64,000 bases of DNA from Gemmatimonadaceae bacterium (lineage in GTDB: Bacteria; Gemmatimonadota; Gemmatimonadetes; Gemmatimonadales; Gemmatimonadaceae): contig JBHYGA010000001.1 in NCBI GenBank assembly GCA_051859245.1, positions 160,001-224,000 of the forward strand, read 5' to 3'. Below are positions 30,800 through 41,362 of this stretch, in pieces (within the stretch, counting starts at the first letter, position 1; each line of letters starts with the position of its first letter). A model generated the notes under the pieces. That model saw nothing but the letters and a program-made list of their open reading frames with translations. It was not told the origin of the DNA and ran no database searches. A program made the position numbers and the translations under genes.

Positions 30800-32788
30800 T
30801 CATTGACCGTTGAGTTTGGCCAGCAGCGCATTGACATCATTCATGGTGAAGGGTTTTTGCAGGAATCCGGAGATGGTGAGCTCGCCAAGGCCGCTTGAGA
30901 CGTCTTGCTCGCTGTAGCCACTCATCAGGAACACCGGCACAGCGGGTCGCGATTCTTTCCGTTCCGACTCACGAATCCGCTGCAGCACTTCAATGCCGGA
31001 CAATCCGGGCATCGTGAGGTCAAGCAGCACGAAACGATACGGTTCCACCGCCGTGGCGAGCCGATCAAGCGCATCACGGCCACACTCCACGCTTTCCACG
31101 GTATAGCCACGTCGCGACAACAGTGCGGCGCAGACCCCGCGTACCACGCGGTCGTCATCGACCACCAACACGCGTCCGCCGCGCAACTCGGTGCGCGCGT
31201 CCTGCGATGAGGCTGGTGCTTGCACGGCGTCTTCGGCGACCGGGAATGACAGGCGAATGTGTGTGCCTTTGCCCGGAGCGGTCATAACAGTGATGCTCCC
31301 GTGGTGGCCACGCACTATGCCAAGCGTGGCGGCGAGGCCAAGACCGCGCCCCGTGAACTTTGTGGTGAAGAATGGATCGAACATCCGCTCGGCAACATCA
31401 CGCTCCATTCCGCTCCCTGAGTCAATCACGTCGAGATGTAATGCCAACTCACCAGCCCGGAGTTCGCCAAATGTGAGTTCGTCCGGCAACGGCGCCTCAT
31501 GCGGTCCGTGCGATGTGCGCACAATCACCGAACCGGCACGTCCTTGCAACGCATCCGAAGCATTGGTAATCAGATTCATGATCACCTGGCGCAGTTGTGT
31601 CGCGTCTCCGTACATCAAGGGCGGAGCGGTGTCGAGTGTCAGCTGCAACGTAGCATCTTTGCTCACCACGGTTCGCAGCAGTTGCGACATTTCTGACGCG
31701 AGCGCGGTCAGATCCAGTGGTTCCACCACAAATCGCCCCTTGCCTGAGTACGCAAGCAGTTGACGCGTAAGGTCCGCCGCGCGTTGAGCCGTACGCTCAA
31801 TTTCGAGTACGACATGCCGAGCCGGCGCGGATTCATCGAGGTCCAGCAGCGCGAGTGATGCGTTTGACAGCACACCAACCAGCAAGTTGTTGAAGTCGTG
31901 CGCGATGCCACCGGCGAGCAGGCCGAGCGATTCGAGTTTTTGTGCGTGGTGGATCTGCGATTCCAGTCGAAGCCGTTCTTCGTCCTGCAGGACACGATCC
32001 GTGACATCCTGCAGCGTGCCGATGAGCGATTGCGGTGACCCGTCATCGTTGTACAAGACTTCGGTCAGCGCGTGCAGGTGGCGCTCTGTGCCGTCCCTTC
32101 GGCGGATTCGGTAGCGAACATTTACCGGCTCACCGCTCTCGATCGCGAGCGCATGCGCGGCGCGGAGGTGCTCGCGGTCTTCTGGCTGGATCAGGTCGTC
32201 GAGCGCGGCCTCCGACGGCGCGACCTGCTGCGGATCAAGTCCCACGATACGATAGAACTCGGTGGACCAACTCAACGATTGCGTGCCGAAGTGCCATGTC
32301 CATGAACCGATCTGCGCAATCTCTTGTGCCCGTGCGAGCTCACGTTCGCGTTCGCGATTTCGCGCGTCGGCCGTTTGCTGCTGCAATCGTGCGGTGGCTT
32401 CGGCGCTGATGTCTACGACAGTTCCAATGATGCGGGCCGCCTGACCGGCTGCATCCGTGAGTACATCGCCGCGCACATGCAACCACTTGATCACACCGCG
32501 TGCGTCGCGAATGCGGCACTCTACAACATAGGGTGAGCGGGATCGCACCGACTCGCGAACCAGCTCCAGCACGCGCGAACGATGTTCCGGAACAACGCAT
32601 CGCACAAACGCCGAGAGGGCGCGCGGACAGCCGCCGGGCGGATAGCCCATGATCTCGTCGAAGCGATCCGAGGCATACGTCTCGCCACTTCCAAGGTGCG
32701 TGTCCCACATGCCGGCCTGCGTTGCGGCCAGGATCAGCCGGAGCCGGTCCGCTCCGTCGGCCTCAGACGGCGATTGACGAGTGGTCAT
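30800..32788 (-). CDS. Cytoplasmic hybrid sensor histidine kinase/response regulator with two PAS domains
   Basis: Two PAS_3-like domains; H-box GGIAHDFNNLL, QVIMNLITNA, PFFTTK..GRGLGL and receiver VLLDLTMP. Confidence 0.93.
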   Translation of the reverse strand: MTTRQSPSEADGADRLRLILAATQAGMWDTHLGSGETYASDRFDEIMGYPPGGCPRALSAFVRCVVPEHRSRVLELVRESVRSRSPYVVECRIRDARGVIKWLHVRGDVLTDAAGQAARIIGTVVDISAEATARLQQQTADARNRERERELARAQEIAQIGSWTWHFGTQSLSWSTEFYRIVGLDPQQVAPSEAALDDLIQPEDREHLRAAHALAIESGEPVNVRYRIRRRDGTERHLHALTEVLYNDDGSPQSLIGTLQDVTDRVLQDEERLRLESQIHHAQKLESLGLLAGGIAHDFNNLLVGVLSNASLALLDLDESAPARHVVLEIERTAQRAADLTRQLLAYSGKGRFVVEPLDLTALASEMSQLLRTVVSKDATLQLTLDTAPPLMYGDATQLRQVIMNLITNASDALQGRAGSVIVRTSHGPHEAPLPDELTFGELRAGELALHLDVIDSGSGMERDVAERMFDPFFTTKFTGRGLGLAATLGIVRGHHGSITVMTAPGKGTHIRLSFPVAEDAVQAPASSQDARTELRGGRVLVVDDDRVVRGVCAALLSRRGYTVESVECGRDALDRLATAVEPYRFVLLDLTMPGLSGIEVLQRIRESERKESRPAVPVFLMSGYSEQDVSSGLGELTISGFLQKPFTMNDVNALLAKLNGQ

Positions 32789-32978
32789 AGGTGGGCGGCG
32801 AGGGAGCGGAGCAGCACCAATAGAACTGAACTACGGAATTTGACGGCGAAACGGAAGGGGTTGGCAGACGCCATTCTCACCCCACGACTGGCGAAACGAC
32901 GATCCGCGACGCAGGATCAGAGACGGGAGATAAGTCTCACCACAAAGAGCACACACGCCGACTGCCGAGGAATCGCCG

Positions 32979-33827
32979 ATGATGCCCGCAGACTCGCTGC
33001 TGCCGCACGCGCAGGACATCGATGTGCACGGCGCGACACACCCGGGGCGGGTGCGTTCCGTCAATGAAGACCAGTATCTCATCGCGTCCATGCACAAGTT
33101 GTTACGTGTGCACGGATCGAGCGCGAGTCCGGATGCACTGGGCGACCTGACGAGTGAATCGCGCGGCTATCTGTTTCTGGTCGCCGACGGCGTGGGTGGG
33201 CGACCGGACGGTGAAATCGCGAGCTGGACGGCGGTACGCGCCATTGCCGAGCACGTCACACACGTGATGCGCTTCTACGCGATTCGGGAGGGGAAAGCGC
33301 GCGAGGCGCTCTTCCTTGAGGAACTGCAGGCATCCGTGGCTGCCGGTCACGCCCGCGTACGTGAAGAAGCGGCCGGGACCGCGACAACGCTCACGATGGT
33401 GGTCGTGTTGTGGCCACGCGCGTATCTCATTCACGTGGGGGACAGCCGGTGCTATCGATTGCGCGACGGTGAGCTGCAACTCTTGTCTCAAGATCAGACG
33501 ATGGCCGAGGCACTGGTTGCGGCAGGTGCGCTCACGCCGGAAGCGGCGGCGGCGTCGGAGTGGAAACATGTGCTCGCGTCGGCGCTCGGCGGCGACGAGG
33601 CAACGCCGCTCACTGTACCAACCGACTGCAACTGGGACGACGTGTTACTGCTGTGTACCGACGGCCTGACCAAACACGTCACGGACAAAGAAATCCGTGA
33701 CGTGCTGCGCTCCGGAGGCAGCGCCGAACAAATGACGTCTGAGCTACTTGCACGCGCCCTGGCTGACGGCGGATCTGATAACGTCACCGCCGTTGTTGGG
33801 CGGTTGCGCTCGCGAGAGACGTCTTAG
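32979..33827 (+). CDS. PP2C-family protein Ser/Thr phosphatase
   Basis: THPGRVRSVNED, VADGVGG, HVGDSRCY, LLCTDGL and GGSDNVT. Confidence 0.92.
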   Translation: MMPADSLLPHAQDIDVHGATHPGRVRSVNEDQYLIASMHKLLRVHGSSASPDALGDLTSESRGYLFLVADGVGGRPDGEIASWTAVRAIAEHVTHVMRFYAIREGKAREALFLEELQASVAAGHARVREEAAGTATTLTMVVVLWPRAYLIHVGDSRCYRLRDGELQLLSQDQTMAEALVAAGALTPEAAAASEWKHVLASALGGDEATPLTVPTDCNWDDVLLLCTDGLTKHVTDKEIRDVLRSGGSAEQMTSELLARALADGGSDNVTAVVGRLRSRETS

Positions 33828-34102
33828 TCGGCGAGCTTCTCGCGAATCTTGCGATAGCCGTCTTTCAGATCATCGGCCATTTTTCGCGCCGTTTCCGAGA
33901 CAACCTCACCAACACCGCCGGCCGATTCTTTCGCGTCGCCCGTGGCAGACATCATGCGTGCGCGCAGCGCATCAAGTCGGGTTTCGAGCGCCGCAAACTC
34001 GTCCTTTGCATCGAGCGACGCGAGATGCACCTTCACGCGCAGTTCGTCGCGCTCTCGCTCCAGCGAGGTGATCAACTCTTCGAGCTTGTTCTGCCAGGTC
34101 AT
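33824..34102 (-). CDS. Small coiled-coil hypothetical protein
   Basis: 92 aa with heptad pattern (LERERDELRVKVHLASLDAKDEF); GGAG SD upstream. Confidence 0.75.
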   Translation of the reverse strand: MTWQNKLEELITSLERERDELRVKVHLASLDAKDEFAALETRLDALRARMMSATGDAKESAGGVGEVVSETARKMADDLKDGYRKIREKLAD

Positions 34103-34130
34103 GCACGTCTCCGATGTGTGTTGGCGCGCG

Positions 34131-34304
34131 TCAGAATTCGCGACGCTTCATTTCCTTGAACAGCTCGCGGGCTTCACCCGTACGATCATCTTCCTTGCGT
34201 GTAGCCTCAATGGTGGGGTCGAACGACGGCCGCTGCTGCGGCTTTTTCTGTTCGGCCTTTCCCGTAGTCTTGCGAATGAGAGCCTTGAGCTGCGAGTCCT
34301 TCAC
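34131..34304 (-). CDS. 57-aa highly charged small protein (not in ORF track)
   Basis: GTG start preceded by GAGGT. Manual translation MKDSQLKALIRKTTGKAEQKKPQQRPSFDPTIEATRKEDDRTGEARELFKEMKRREF*; fills the intergenic gap. Confidence 0.7.
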   Translation of the reverse strand: MKDSQLKALIRKTTGKAEQKKPQQRPSFDPTIEATRKEDDRTGEARELFKEMKRREF

Positions 34305-34463
34305 GGCGACCTCGTTGCAGGTGACGGAGCGTGATCCAGCGGAACCTGTCCTGACTTGAGCATGGGCGTTCTTTCCGAAAATGTCCAGTCGGCAAAAATC
34401 GGATTCGATCGTTCGCGAACAGTTCGAGCGTGACCTGCATCACGTTTTCACACGCGCCGCTGC

Positions 34464-35387
34464 TTACGGTCGAATGTTCAGCAGGCGACGTACCGCGTCG
34501 ATCGCCGCTTGTCCGGCAGCGGTCGCCGGCGACATGACATCGTGGTGTCCGAGGTCGGGCACGGTGACCACGTCAACATTGTCTCCAGCTTTACGCGCGG
34601 AGTCGGCAAACGCTGCCACGACAGGAGGTGGGGCGACACGATCCAGCGCGCCAGCCACGTGTATGTGCGGCACCTTCAGCGGCAGTCGTTCTATCGGCGA
34701 GACGGCGCGATAGCGATCCGGCACTTGAGCTGGTGTTCCGCCAAGCACGGATTCAATGGCGGGATTCCCACAGGACTGCAGTTGTCGCTGCTGGAACTCG
34801 CGCATATCCATGACGCCGCCGAGCGCCACCACGCCGGTCAACACAAGCGGCTGTCCCGAACGAACGGCATCGCTCGGCTCCAGCTTGTAACGCGTGGCAA
34901 GCCACGCCGCCAACTGTGCGCCGGCGGAGTGTCCGATCGCCACAACACGCGATGTGTCTAATGCATGTGAACGTGCGAGTGTGCGCAGGTAATCCGCACC
35001 CTGCGCCACATCGGTGAACGTGCCGGGCCACCCGCCGCCGGGATGGTCGTAGCGCCGGTATTCGATGTTCCACGTGGCGATGCCAGCTGACGCGAGCGCA
35101 TCGGCGAGCGGCGCCGCGTTGCGCACGTTGGCGTACGGTGAATACCAGCACCCGCCGTGAATCACGATCGCCACCGGAAACGGGCCGCTGCCTTGGGGCA
35201 TGCGCAGTTCACCGAACTGCAGCGAGTCTGTTCCGTAGGCAATGCGTGTACCCGCGTTGCGTACCGGGAGACGATCAATGTCGGCCGGTCGCGCCAGTCG
35301 TGAACGTGGTGCGTCTTGCGCCGCGAGGGGCGTGAAGGCGGGGAATGCAGCGAGCAGTGCACCAACGACAAGTGCCACAGTCTTCAT
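34464..35387 (-). CDS. Secreted alpha/beta hydrolase (esterase/lipase-like)
   Basis: Signal peptide; IHGGCW, NIEYRR, GGWPGTF.D and GHSAG. Confidence 0.88.
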   Translation of the reverse strand: MKTVALVVGALLAAFPAFTPLAAQDAPRSRLARPADIDRLPVRNAGTRIAYGTDSLQFGELRMPQGSGPFPVAIVIHGGCWYSPYANVRNAAPLADALASAGIATWNIEYRRYDHPGGGWPGTFTDVAQGADYLRTLARSHALDTSRVVAIGHSAGAQLAAWLATRYKLEPSDAVRSGQPLVLTGVVALGGVMDMREFQQRQLQSCGNPAIESVLGGTPAQVPDRYRAVSPIERLPLKVPHIHVAGALDRVAPPPVVAAFADSARKAGDNVDVVTVPDLGHHDVMSPATAAGQAAIDAVRRLLNIRP

Positions 35388-37471
35388 GTCATGACATTAG
35401 TTCGGGAAACGTCCGCGAGTGCCTGTTGTAACTGCTTCGATGAAAACGGCTTGGGCAACACGCGCACAATTCCGATGTCTGCCGCGTGCGCCATGTCGTG
35501 GTGCTCCAGGTATCCCGTGGTGAGAATAATCGGGAGTGATGGCTGCAGCGTGTGAACCGCCCGTGCCAACTCAATACCCGACATCCCCGGCATCGAGAGG
35601 TCGGTCAACAGGCAATCTACGGTAACGCCGCCGGTGCGAATTCGCGCGAGCGCTTCCGCCGGATCAAGACATCCTTCGACATCCCATTCGAATCGCAGCA
35701 GCAGTCGCGTGGTGGCGGCCAGTACGGACGGTTCATCATCCACCACCATCACGCGGTATCGACGATCAAGTGGCGTTTCCAACTCCGCGTCGGCAACCGG
35801 TTCCTGCTCGGCGTCGGCAGGCGGCAGGAATACGCGCATGCTGGTGCCAACACCGACTACGCTGCGCGGAACAACGATTCCGCCAAGCGCCGTCACCGTT
35901 CCATGCACCATCGCAAGACCGAGCCCGGTGCCACGTCCGGGTCCTTTGGTGGTGAAGAAGGGATCAAAGGCGCGGGCCAGCGTTTCTGGTGACATCCCTT
36001 GACCATTGTCCGTAACAGAGAGCGACGCGACAAACTCGTTGTTCGGAAACGCGGCGCGCAACACGGAATCACTGGCGGTGGACACCAGCGCCACATCCAG
36101 CTGCAGTACACCACCCTCGGGCATCGCATGTGCCGCATTGGTGGCCAGGTTCAGCAACACCTGCTGCACTTCGCCAGCTTCACCGCGCACGGCAACACCG
36201 GGCACGCTTGAGATCGTGACCGAAATGTTGGCCGGGAGCGTGGATCGCAGCAGTCGCTCCGTCTCCGAAAGCAGCGACACGAGATCCACCGGGGTGCGCT
36301 CGTGTTCCATGGATCGGGTAAACGTGAGAATTCTGCGAACCAACGCACGCGCGCGCTCGGCGGACTGCCGGATGTCGTGCAGCAGCGGTTGCGCACTGTG
36401 CGAGTCTGCAAGTTGCGATTGCACGGACTCGGTATTGAGCACGATCGGTTGCAACAGATTGTTGAAGTCGTGTGCGATGCCACCGGCGAGCGTGCCGATC
36501 GCTTCCAGCTTCTGCCCCTGCTGGACGCGCGCCTCGAGTGCCCGTTCGCGCCCAACATCGCGTAGCGTGGCCAGCACATGTGTGATGGTCTTGCCATCGT
36601 CGCGTACCGGCGATGCAGTGCCCGATAGCGTGATGACCTCGCCGCCTGCTCGTGGCGCATCAAACGACCCGTCCCACGACTGACCGTTCAAGACGTCCTG
36701 CCATGGCACATGACGTGTCAGCAAGAACGTGTCGCCAAGGAGTGCGCGCGCCGTGGTGTTCGCGTACACGATCTCGCCCTGCGCGTTCGCGAGCAGCACC
36801 AGTCCACCACTTTGATTCACCGCGAGCGCGAGCCGTTCAGACTCGCGCTCAGACGCCATGCGTGCTGCCGACTCGTTTCCCAGTCCCGCAAACAGTACGC
36901 CGATGGACAGGGTACACAAACTGCACAGCATCATCACACTGATCGTACTCACCGCCCACATGACTTGCGCATTGGGCATGTCGTTTGCCCAGGATAGCGT
37001 GCCCTGCGCAATCAGCTGCGCAAACGCGAGGAGTATCCCTAAGAGCAGAATCAGACAGACCACGCCCGTTCGCAGCCCAAGCAATACGGCGCCCATGATC
37101 GGGAACGCCATTAGCCAGATAAATCCGGCCGCTTCGAAGCCGAACCCGGCAAGAAAGTAGGTGCCGAGCACAGCCGGCAACGCGACCACGACACCAGCTC
37201 TGATCGCGTACGGCAGCGTGCGGACCAGTGTTACCACCAGCAGCACGCCGTACGCGATCGTGTCGATCGTAACAACCGTGCGTTCACCTTGGCCCCAGGC
37301 GAGCCACACGCTGGGGATGTATGCCAGCAGCCCGAGCACGCTCATGCTGAGCAGCACCACCGCAAGAATGCGACGACGCCAGCTTTCAATCGCCGAACCC
37401 GTGGCTGGAGCAATCCACGCCACAGCTCGGCGCCATCGAGCGCGCGGCGAATCTGTGGCGTGGTGCGTCAT
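35384..37471 (-). CDS. Membrane-bound hybrid histidine kinase/response regulator
   Basis: About 6 N-terminal TM helices, PAS-like segment, GGIAHDFNNLL, PFFTTKGPGRGTGLGL and receiver LLTDLSMP. Confidence 0.92.
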   Translation of the reverse strand: MTHHATDSPRARWRRAVAWIAPATGSAIESWRRRILAVVLLSMSVLGLLAYIPSVWLAWGQGERTVVTIDTIAYGVLLVVTLVRTLPYAIRAGVVVALPAVLGTYFLAGFGFEAAGFIWLMAFPIMGAVLLGLRTGVVCLILLLGILLAFAQLIAQGTLSWANDMPNAQVMWAVSTISVMMLCSLCTLSIGVLFAGLGNESAARMASERESERLALAVNQSGGLVLLANAQGEIVYANTTARALLGDTFLLTRHVPWQDVLNGQSWDGSFDAPRAGGEVITLSGTASPVRDDGKTITHVLATLRDVGRERALEARVQQGQKLEAIGTLAGGIAHDFNNLLQPIVLNTESVQSQLADSHSAQPLLHDIRQSAERARALVRRILTFTRSMEHERTPVDLVSLLSETERLLRSTLPANISVTISSVPGVAVRGEAGEVQQVLLNLATNAAHAMPEGGVLQLDVALVSTASDSVLRAAFPNNEFVASLSVTDNGQGMSPETLARAFDPFFTTKGPGRGTGLGLAMVHGTVTALGGIVVPRSVVGVGTSMRVFLPPADAEQEPVADAELETPLDRRYRVMVVDDEPSVLAATTRLLLRFEWDVEGCLDPAEALARIRTGGVTVDCLLTDLSMPGMSGIELARAVHTLQPSLPIILTTGYLEHHDMAHAADIGIVRVLPKPFSSKQLQQALADVSRTNVMT

Positions 37472-37475
37472 CTTG

Positions 37476-40400
37476 TTACGGAGCCGGAGGGCGACGATTG
37501 CGGATCGGCGGCGCCGGCTCCGGTTTGAGCTGGACTGGCTTCTCACGCAACAAGCGCATCGCTTCTTCGACCGCACGAAGCAACTGCGGGTCACGACCGG
37601 CGATCACTTCTTTGGGTGTGTATTCCACATCGATATCGGGCGCGACGCCTTCGTTCTCCACCGCCCACTTGCCATCGCGATCAAAGAAACCACCACGCGG
37701 TGCGATCATGCTGCCACCGTCAATGAGCTGCGGCGTGTCCCACGTGCCAACCAGACCACCCCACGTGCGCTTGCCCACGATGGGTCCGATTTTGCGACGC
37801 TTGAACATGTACGGCAGCAGATCGCCGCCTGAGCCTGCCATTTCGTTAATGATCATGACCTTGGGCCCCCAGATGCCTGCGGTGGGGCTCGTGAATGGCG
37901 TGCGCTCGTGAACAGGATTGTTGAAGTACCCGTCGAAGTCACGTTGCATCACTTCAATCATGTAGTCAGCGGCCGAGCCACCGCCGTTCCACCGTTCGTC
38001 GATCACGACGCCGGCACGATCCTGCTGCGCGAAGTAGTAACGATTGAACGAGGTGTACCCGGGCTGCCCGGTGTTGGGCACGTACACGTACGCCAGCTTG
38101 CCGCCGCTGAGTGAATCCACCAGACGCCGGTTGTCCTCAACCCAGGCTCGTCCGCGTAACCCACTTTCGTTGGCGATCGGGACCACCGTCACACGACGCG
38201 CATTCGTGAGCGACGGCGTGGCGTTGAGCGTGAGTACCACCTGACGATTGGCTGTACCTTCGAACACGCGGTAGAGGTTGTCGGTGCTCGTGACTTCAAC
38301 GCCATCAACCGCCAGCAGGTAGTCACCAACACGTGCATCGATGCCGGGGCCGGCAAGTGGTGCACGCAGTTCCGGATTCCACGACTCGCCCGTGAAAATC
38401 CTGGCAATGCGATGGCGACCTTCCGCAACCGACCAGTCGGCGCCGAGCAATCCCACGTTTGACTGCGGCACTTCGGGGAAGTCTCCACCGGACACGTACG
38501 AGTGACCCACCGCAATTTCTGCACCGAGCATATCGAGCAAATACGTGAAATCTGCGCGATGGGCGACATGTTCAAGCATGGGTTCGTACATCGCCTTGGT
38601 TTTCACGTAATCGGCGCCGTGCAGGTTCGGCACGTACAAAAACTCACGCTGATTGCGCCAACCTTCGGTGAACATCTGCTTGAACTCGGCGCGTGGATCC
38701 ACTTGCATGCGCAGCGTCGCCGTCACACGTCCGGTGGTACCCGTTGGGGCCGGTTTATCGGTGTCGGCAATCGTCAGATTCGTGCCGGCGCGCCACAGGA
38801 TCTTCTTGCGGTCATCCGATACCACAAACTGCTGCACGCCCTGCGTGTATGGCGCCGCACGACGATCCTTGAGCACGTACCGATGCAGCGGCGAACCACC
38901 GCCGCCCGCGCCGCCGGCCGGTCCTGTCACAGGCACGTTCTCGGTAAAGAACAACGTGCCCGTTGGTCCTGCCTGCAACTCCGCATAGTCTCGCGGCACG
39001 ATGTCGAGCGAGATGATCCGATTGGCGAGTCCGTCAAAGTCAATCGCCACATTCGGCGTGCGTGGTGCAGCAGCGCCAGCAGCACCAGCAGGCCGCGGAG
39101 GCGCCGAGTCGTTGCTTGCGGCCCGCAACATACCGGCGTCTTCGTCGCTCTCCGGCGGCAGTGGTGACGGTTCAGCACGTCCAAGCACGGCGAGATACAC
39201 ACCCTTGGTGACAGGACGTTCGTACGACGTCATGTCGAGCCAGCCGGTGCGCAGCGCAAAGTTGGTGCTCGCGAGAAAATACAGATACTTGCCGTTCGCA
39301 TCCCACGCTGGCCACGTCGCGTCGCTCAAACCGTCTGTAATCTGACGCACACGCGCGTTCACCAGATCGTACACGTAGATCGCGTGCAACTGCGTTGGCA
39401 GGCGCTTGGCGTACGCAATCCACTTTGAGTCGGGACTCCAGGCCGGATTGAGCGAACGCTCCGGCACCATGTAGCCATCCGTGTCTACTTTCGTTGGCAC
39501 ACCACTCTCAACATCAACGACCCACAGGTTGAGATGCGTGTCTGTAAACAACAGCTTGCGTCCGTCCGGAGACCAGCGTGGTGTGTAATAAAAGCTCGGA
39601 TCCGGGAGCGAGATCACGCGCGGTTTGCCAAGACCATCGGCTGACGCCAGGACCAGCTTGTACTCACCGCCTTCGTCGCTGAAGTACGACACGGTCTTGC
39701 CGTCCGGCGACCACGCCGGCGTGCGTTCTGCGACGCCTGCGGTGCGCGTGAGGTTGCGCCAATCGCCTTTGTCCGCGGGAATGGTGAAAATTTCACCGCG
39801 CGCTTCCACCACCGCGCGTTTGCCAGTGGGCGACAACGCGATATTCGTCATGCGATTGGTCACATCGCGCCACTGCGGAACGAGCCACGGAAAATCACCG
39901 CGCACCGTGATGTTCAGCTGCCGATGCTGATTCGTGGTCGGGTCAAGCAAGTGCAAGAATCCCGCTTGCTCAAACACCACCGCGCCGCCGCCAGCGTCAA
40001 TCGACTTGACGTCGAGATCCTTGAACTTCGTGATCTGGGTGAGCGCCTTCGTGCGCGTGTTGTACGACCACACATTGGCACACCAGTCACGATCGGAAAT
40101 GAAGTACACCACATCACCAACCCACACGGGGTCAATGTCCTTGGAGTCGGTCCACGGCGGCGTTTCCACCTCGTACGAACTGAGTGTCATGATCCAGATC
40201 GGACGATTCTGACCTCCGCGATAGTTGCGCCACTCATCATCCCACGAGTTGGCCATGCGATAGGCAAAGCGTTGTCCGTCTGGCGAATACTTGCCTTGCC
40301 ATGCACGCGGCATTGGCAGCGCGGTGGCGTTGTCGCCCGTCACGCTCACGCTCCAGAACTTGGGCACGTTCCCGGTGGGTGCGGCCTCGCGTGACGATGC

Positions 40401-40799
40401 GAAGACAACGCGTCGTCCATCCGGGCTCCAGCCTTGCACCAGATCAGCGCCAGGGTGCCAGGTGAGCCGACGCGGCTCGCCACCCTCCACGGGCACCACG
40501 TACACGTCCGTGTTGCCACCATACTGTCCGCTGAACGCCACGAGTTTGCCGTCGGGCGAGAGTTTGGGCAGCGATGTCGCACCCTGAAAGCTCGTGAGTC
40601 GACGTGCTTCACCACCGGACCGACTCGTGACCCAGATGTTGTTGGCGTAAGCAAACGCGATGTGATCGGCGCTGATCGTGGGCTGGCGCAGCAGTCGCGT
40701 CTGCGCGTGTGCGGACGAACTGAGCATTGGCGATACGCTGGCGACGATCGCCGAGAGCCAGAAGCCGCGAGACGCGAGACTTCGCAAGGATGCAGACAT
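37476..40799 (-). CDS. Tricorn-like S41 protease
   Basis: PD40/WSPDG propeller repeats, PDZ region, DERWNGGG, catalytic AGSGGD, GKRTWGG and ENEGVAPDI. Alternative start at 40835. Confidence 0.93.
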   Translation of the reverse strand: MSASLRSLASRGFWLSAIVASVSPMLSSSAHAQTRLLRQPTISADHIAFAYANNIWVTSRSGGEARRLTSFQGATSLPKLSPDGKLVAFSGQYGGNTDVYVVPVEGGEPRRLTWHPGADLVQGWSPDGRRVVFASSREAAPTGNVPKFWSVSVTGDNATALPMPRAWQGKYSPDGQRFAYRMANSWDDEWRNYRGGQNRPIWIMTLSSYEVETPPWTDSKDIDPVWVGDVVYFISDRDWCANVWSYNTRTKALTQITKFKDLDVKSIDAGGGAVVFEQAGFLHLLDPTTNQHRQLNITVRGDFPWLVPQWRDVTNRMTNIALSPTGKRAVVEARGEIFTIPADKGDWRNLTRTAGVAERTPAWSPDGKTVSYFSDEGGEYKLVLASADGLGKPRVISLPDPSFYYTPRWSPDGRKLLFTDTHLNLWVVDVESGVPTKVDTDGYMVPERSLNPAWSPDSKWIAYAKRLPTQLHAIYVYDLVNARVRQITDGLSDATWPAWDANGKYLYFLASTNFALRTGWLDMTSYERPVTKGVYLAVLGRAEPSPLPPESDEDAGMLRAASNDSAPPRPAGAAGAAAPRTPNVAIDFDGLANRIISLDIVPRDYAELQAGPTGTLFFTENVPVTGPAGGAGGGGSPLHRYVLKDRRAAPYTQGVQQFVVSDDRKKILWRAGTNLTIADTDKPAPTGTTGRVTATLRMQVDPRAEFKQMFTEGWRNQREFLYVPNLHGADYVKTKAMYEPMLEHVAHRADFTYLLDMLGAEIAVGHSYVSGGDFPEVPQSNVGLLGADWSVAEGRHRIARIFTGESWNPELRAPLAGPGIDARVGDYLLAVDGVEVTSTDNLYRVFEGTANRQVVLTLNATPSLTNARRVTVVPIANESGLRGRAWVEDNRRLVDSLSGGKLAYVYVPNTGQPGYTSFNRYYFAQQDRAGVVIDERWNGGGSAADYMIEVMQRDFDGYFNNPVHERTPFTSPTAGIWGPKVMIINEMAGSGGDLLPYMFKRRKIGPIVGKRTWGGLVGTWDTPQLIDGGSMIAPRGGFFDRDGKWAVENEGVAPDIDVEYTPKEVIAGRDPQLLRAVEEAMRLLREKPVQLKPEPAPPIRNRRPPAP

Positions 40800-40927
40800 G
40801 GCAGGGCGGGGGGCAGGCGGAGAGAACGGAGGCACGACTCACGTCGTGTCGACTGTCCCCTGCAATCAACGGATTGGCACGCCCAAGGCAAGACGCTCGA
40901 AGCAAGTCTGCGCAGCCCGCTCGGCGA

Positions 40928-41359
40928 CTAGCCGATGCGCAATCCCTGCGTGCCGACATACACCTCACGGAGGAACACCATGAGCGCCGCGATGAACGAA
41001 ATCATGGCACCGATGAACAGGACCGCGATCAAACCGCCAAGTGCGGCTTCGAGAAACACACCGAGAAAAAGCGAAATGATGACAAACCCCACGAGCAGCG
41101 CCGACACCACCAGCATGGCAATTGCGCGATAGACCAGGCGCGCACGCAACGAGAGATGTGCGAGATCAGCCGCAATGTCATCAAGATTGCCGGCGCCCGC
41201 ATCACGCCGCGCTTCCTGCGCACGGGCACGATCGATGATGCGCGCCAGCCGGTTTGCCAGCACGCCGAGCGTAGCGCCTACGCCGGTGAGCAGGAACACG
41301 GGAGCAACGGCGAGCTGGATGACTTGCGCAACCGCCGCAACTGATGGATCGGGAAACAC
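40928..41359 (-). CDS. DUF2721-family membrane protein
   Basis: IQLAVAPVFLL, NRLARIIDRAR and C-terminal FLREV; three TMs. Confidence 0.85.
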   Translation of the reverse strand: MFPDPSVAAVAQVIQLAVAPVFLLTGVGATLGVLANRLARIIDRARAQEARRDAGAGNLDDIAADLAHLSLRARLVYRAIAMLVVSALLVGFVIISLFLGVFLEAALGGLIAVLFIGAMISFIAALMVFLREVYVGTQGLRIG

Positions 41360-41362
41360 GGT

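Noticed and set aside
34207..34443. 78-aa ORF from the track
   Set aside because: An overlapping frame (34131-34304) has a better SD, codon pattern and protein-like composition.
40875..40890. Sigma54-like TGGCACGCCCAAGGCA on the plus strand
   Set aside because: The -12 element is poor and it points antisense into the DUF2721 gene with no sense gene downstream.
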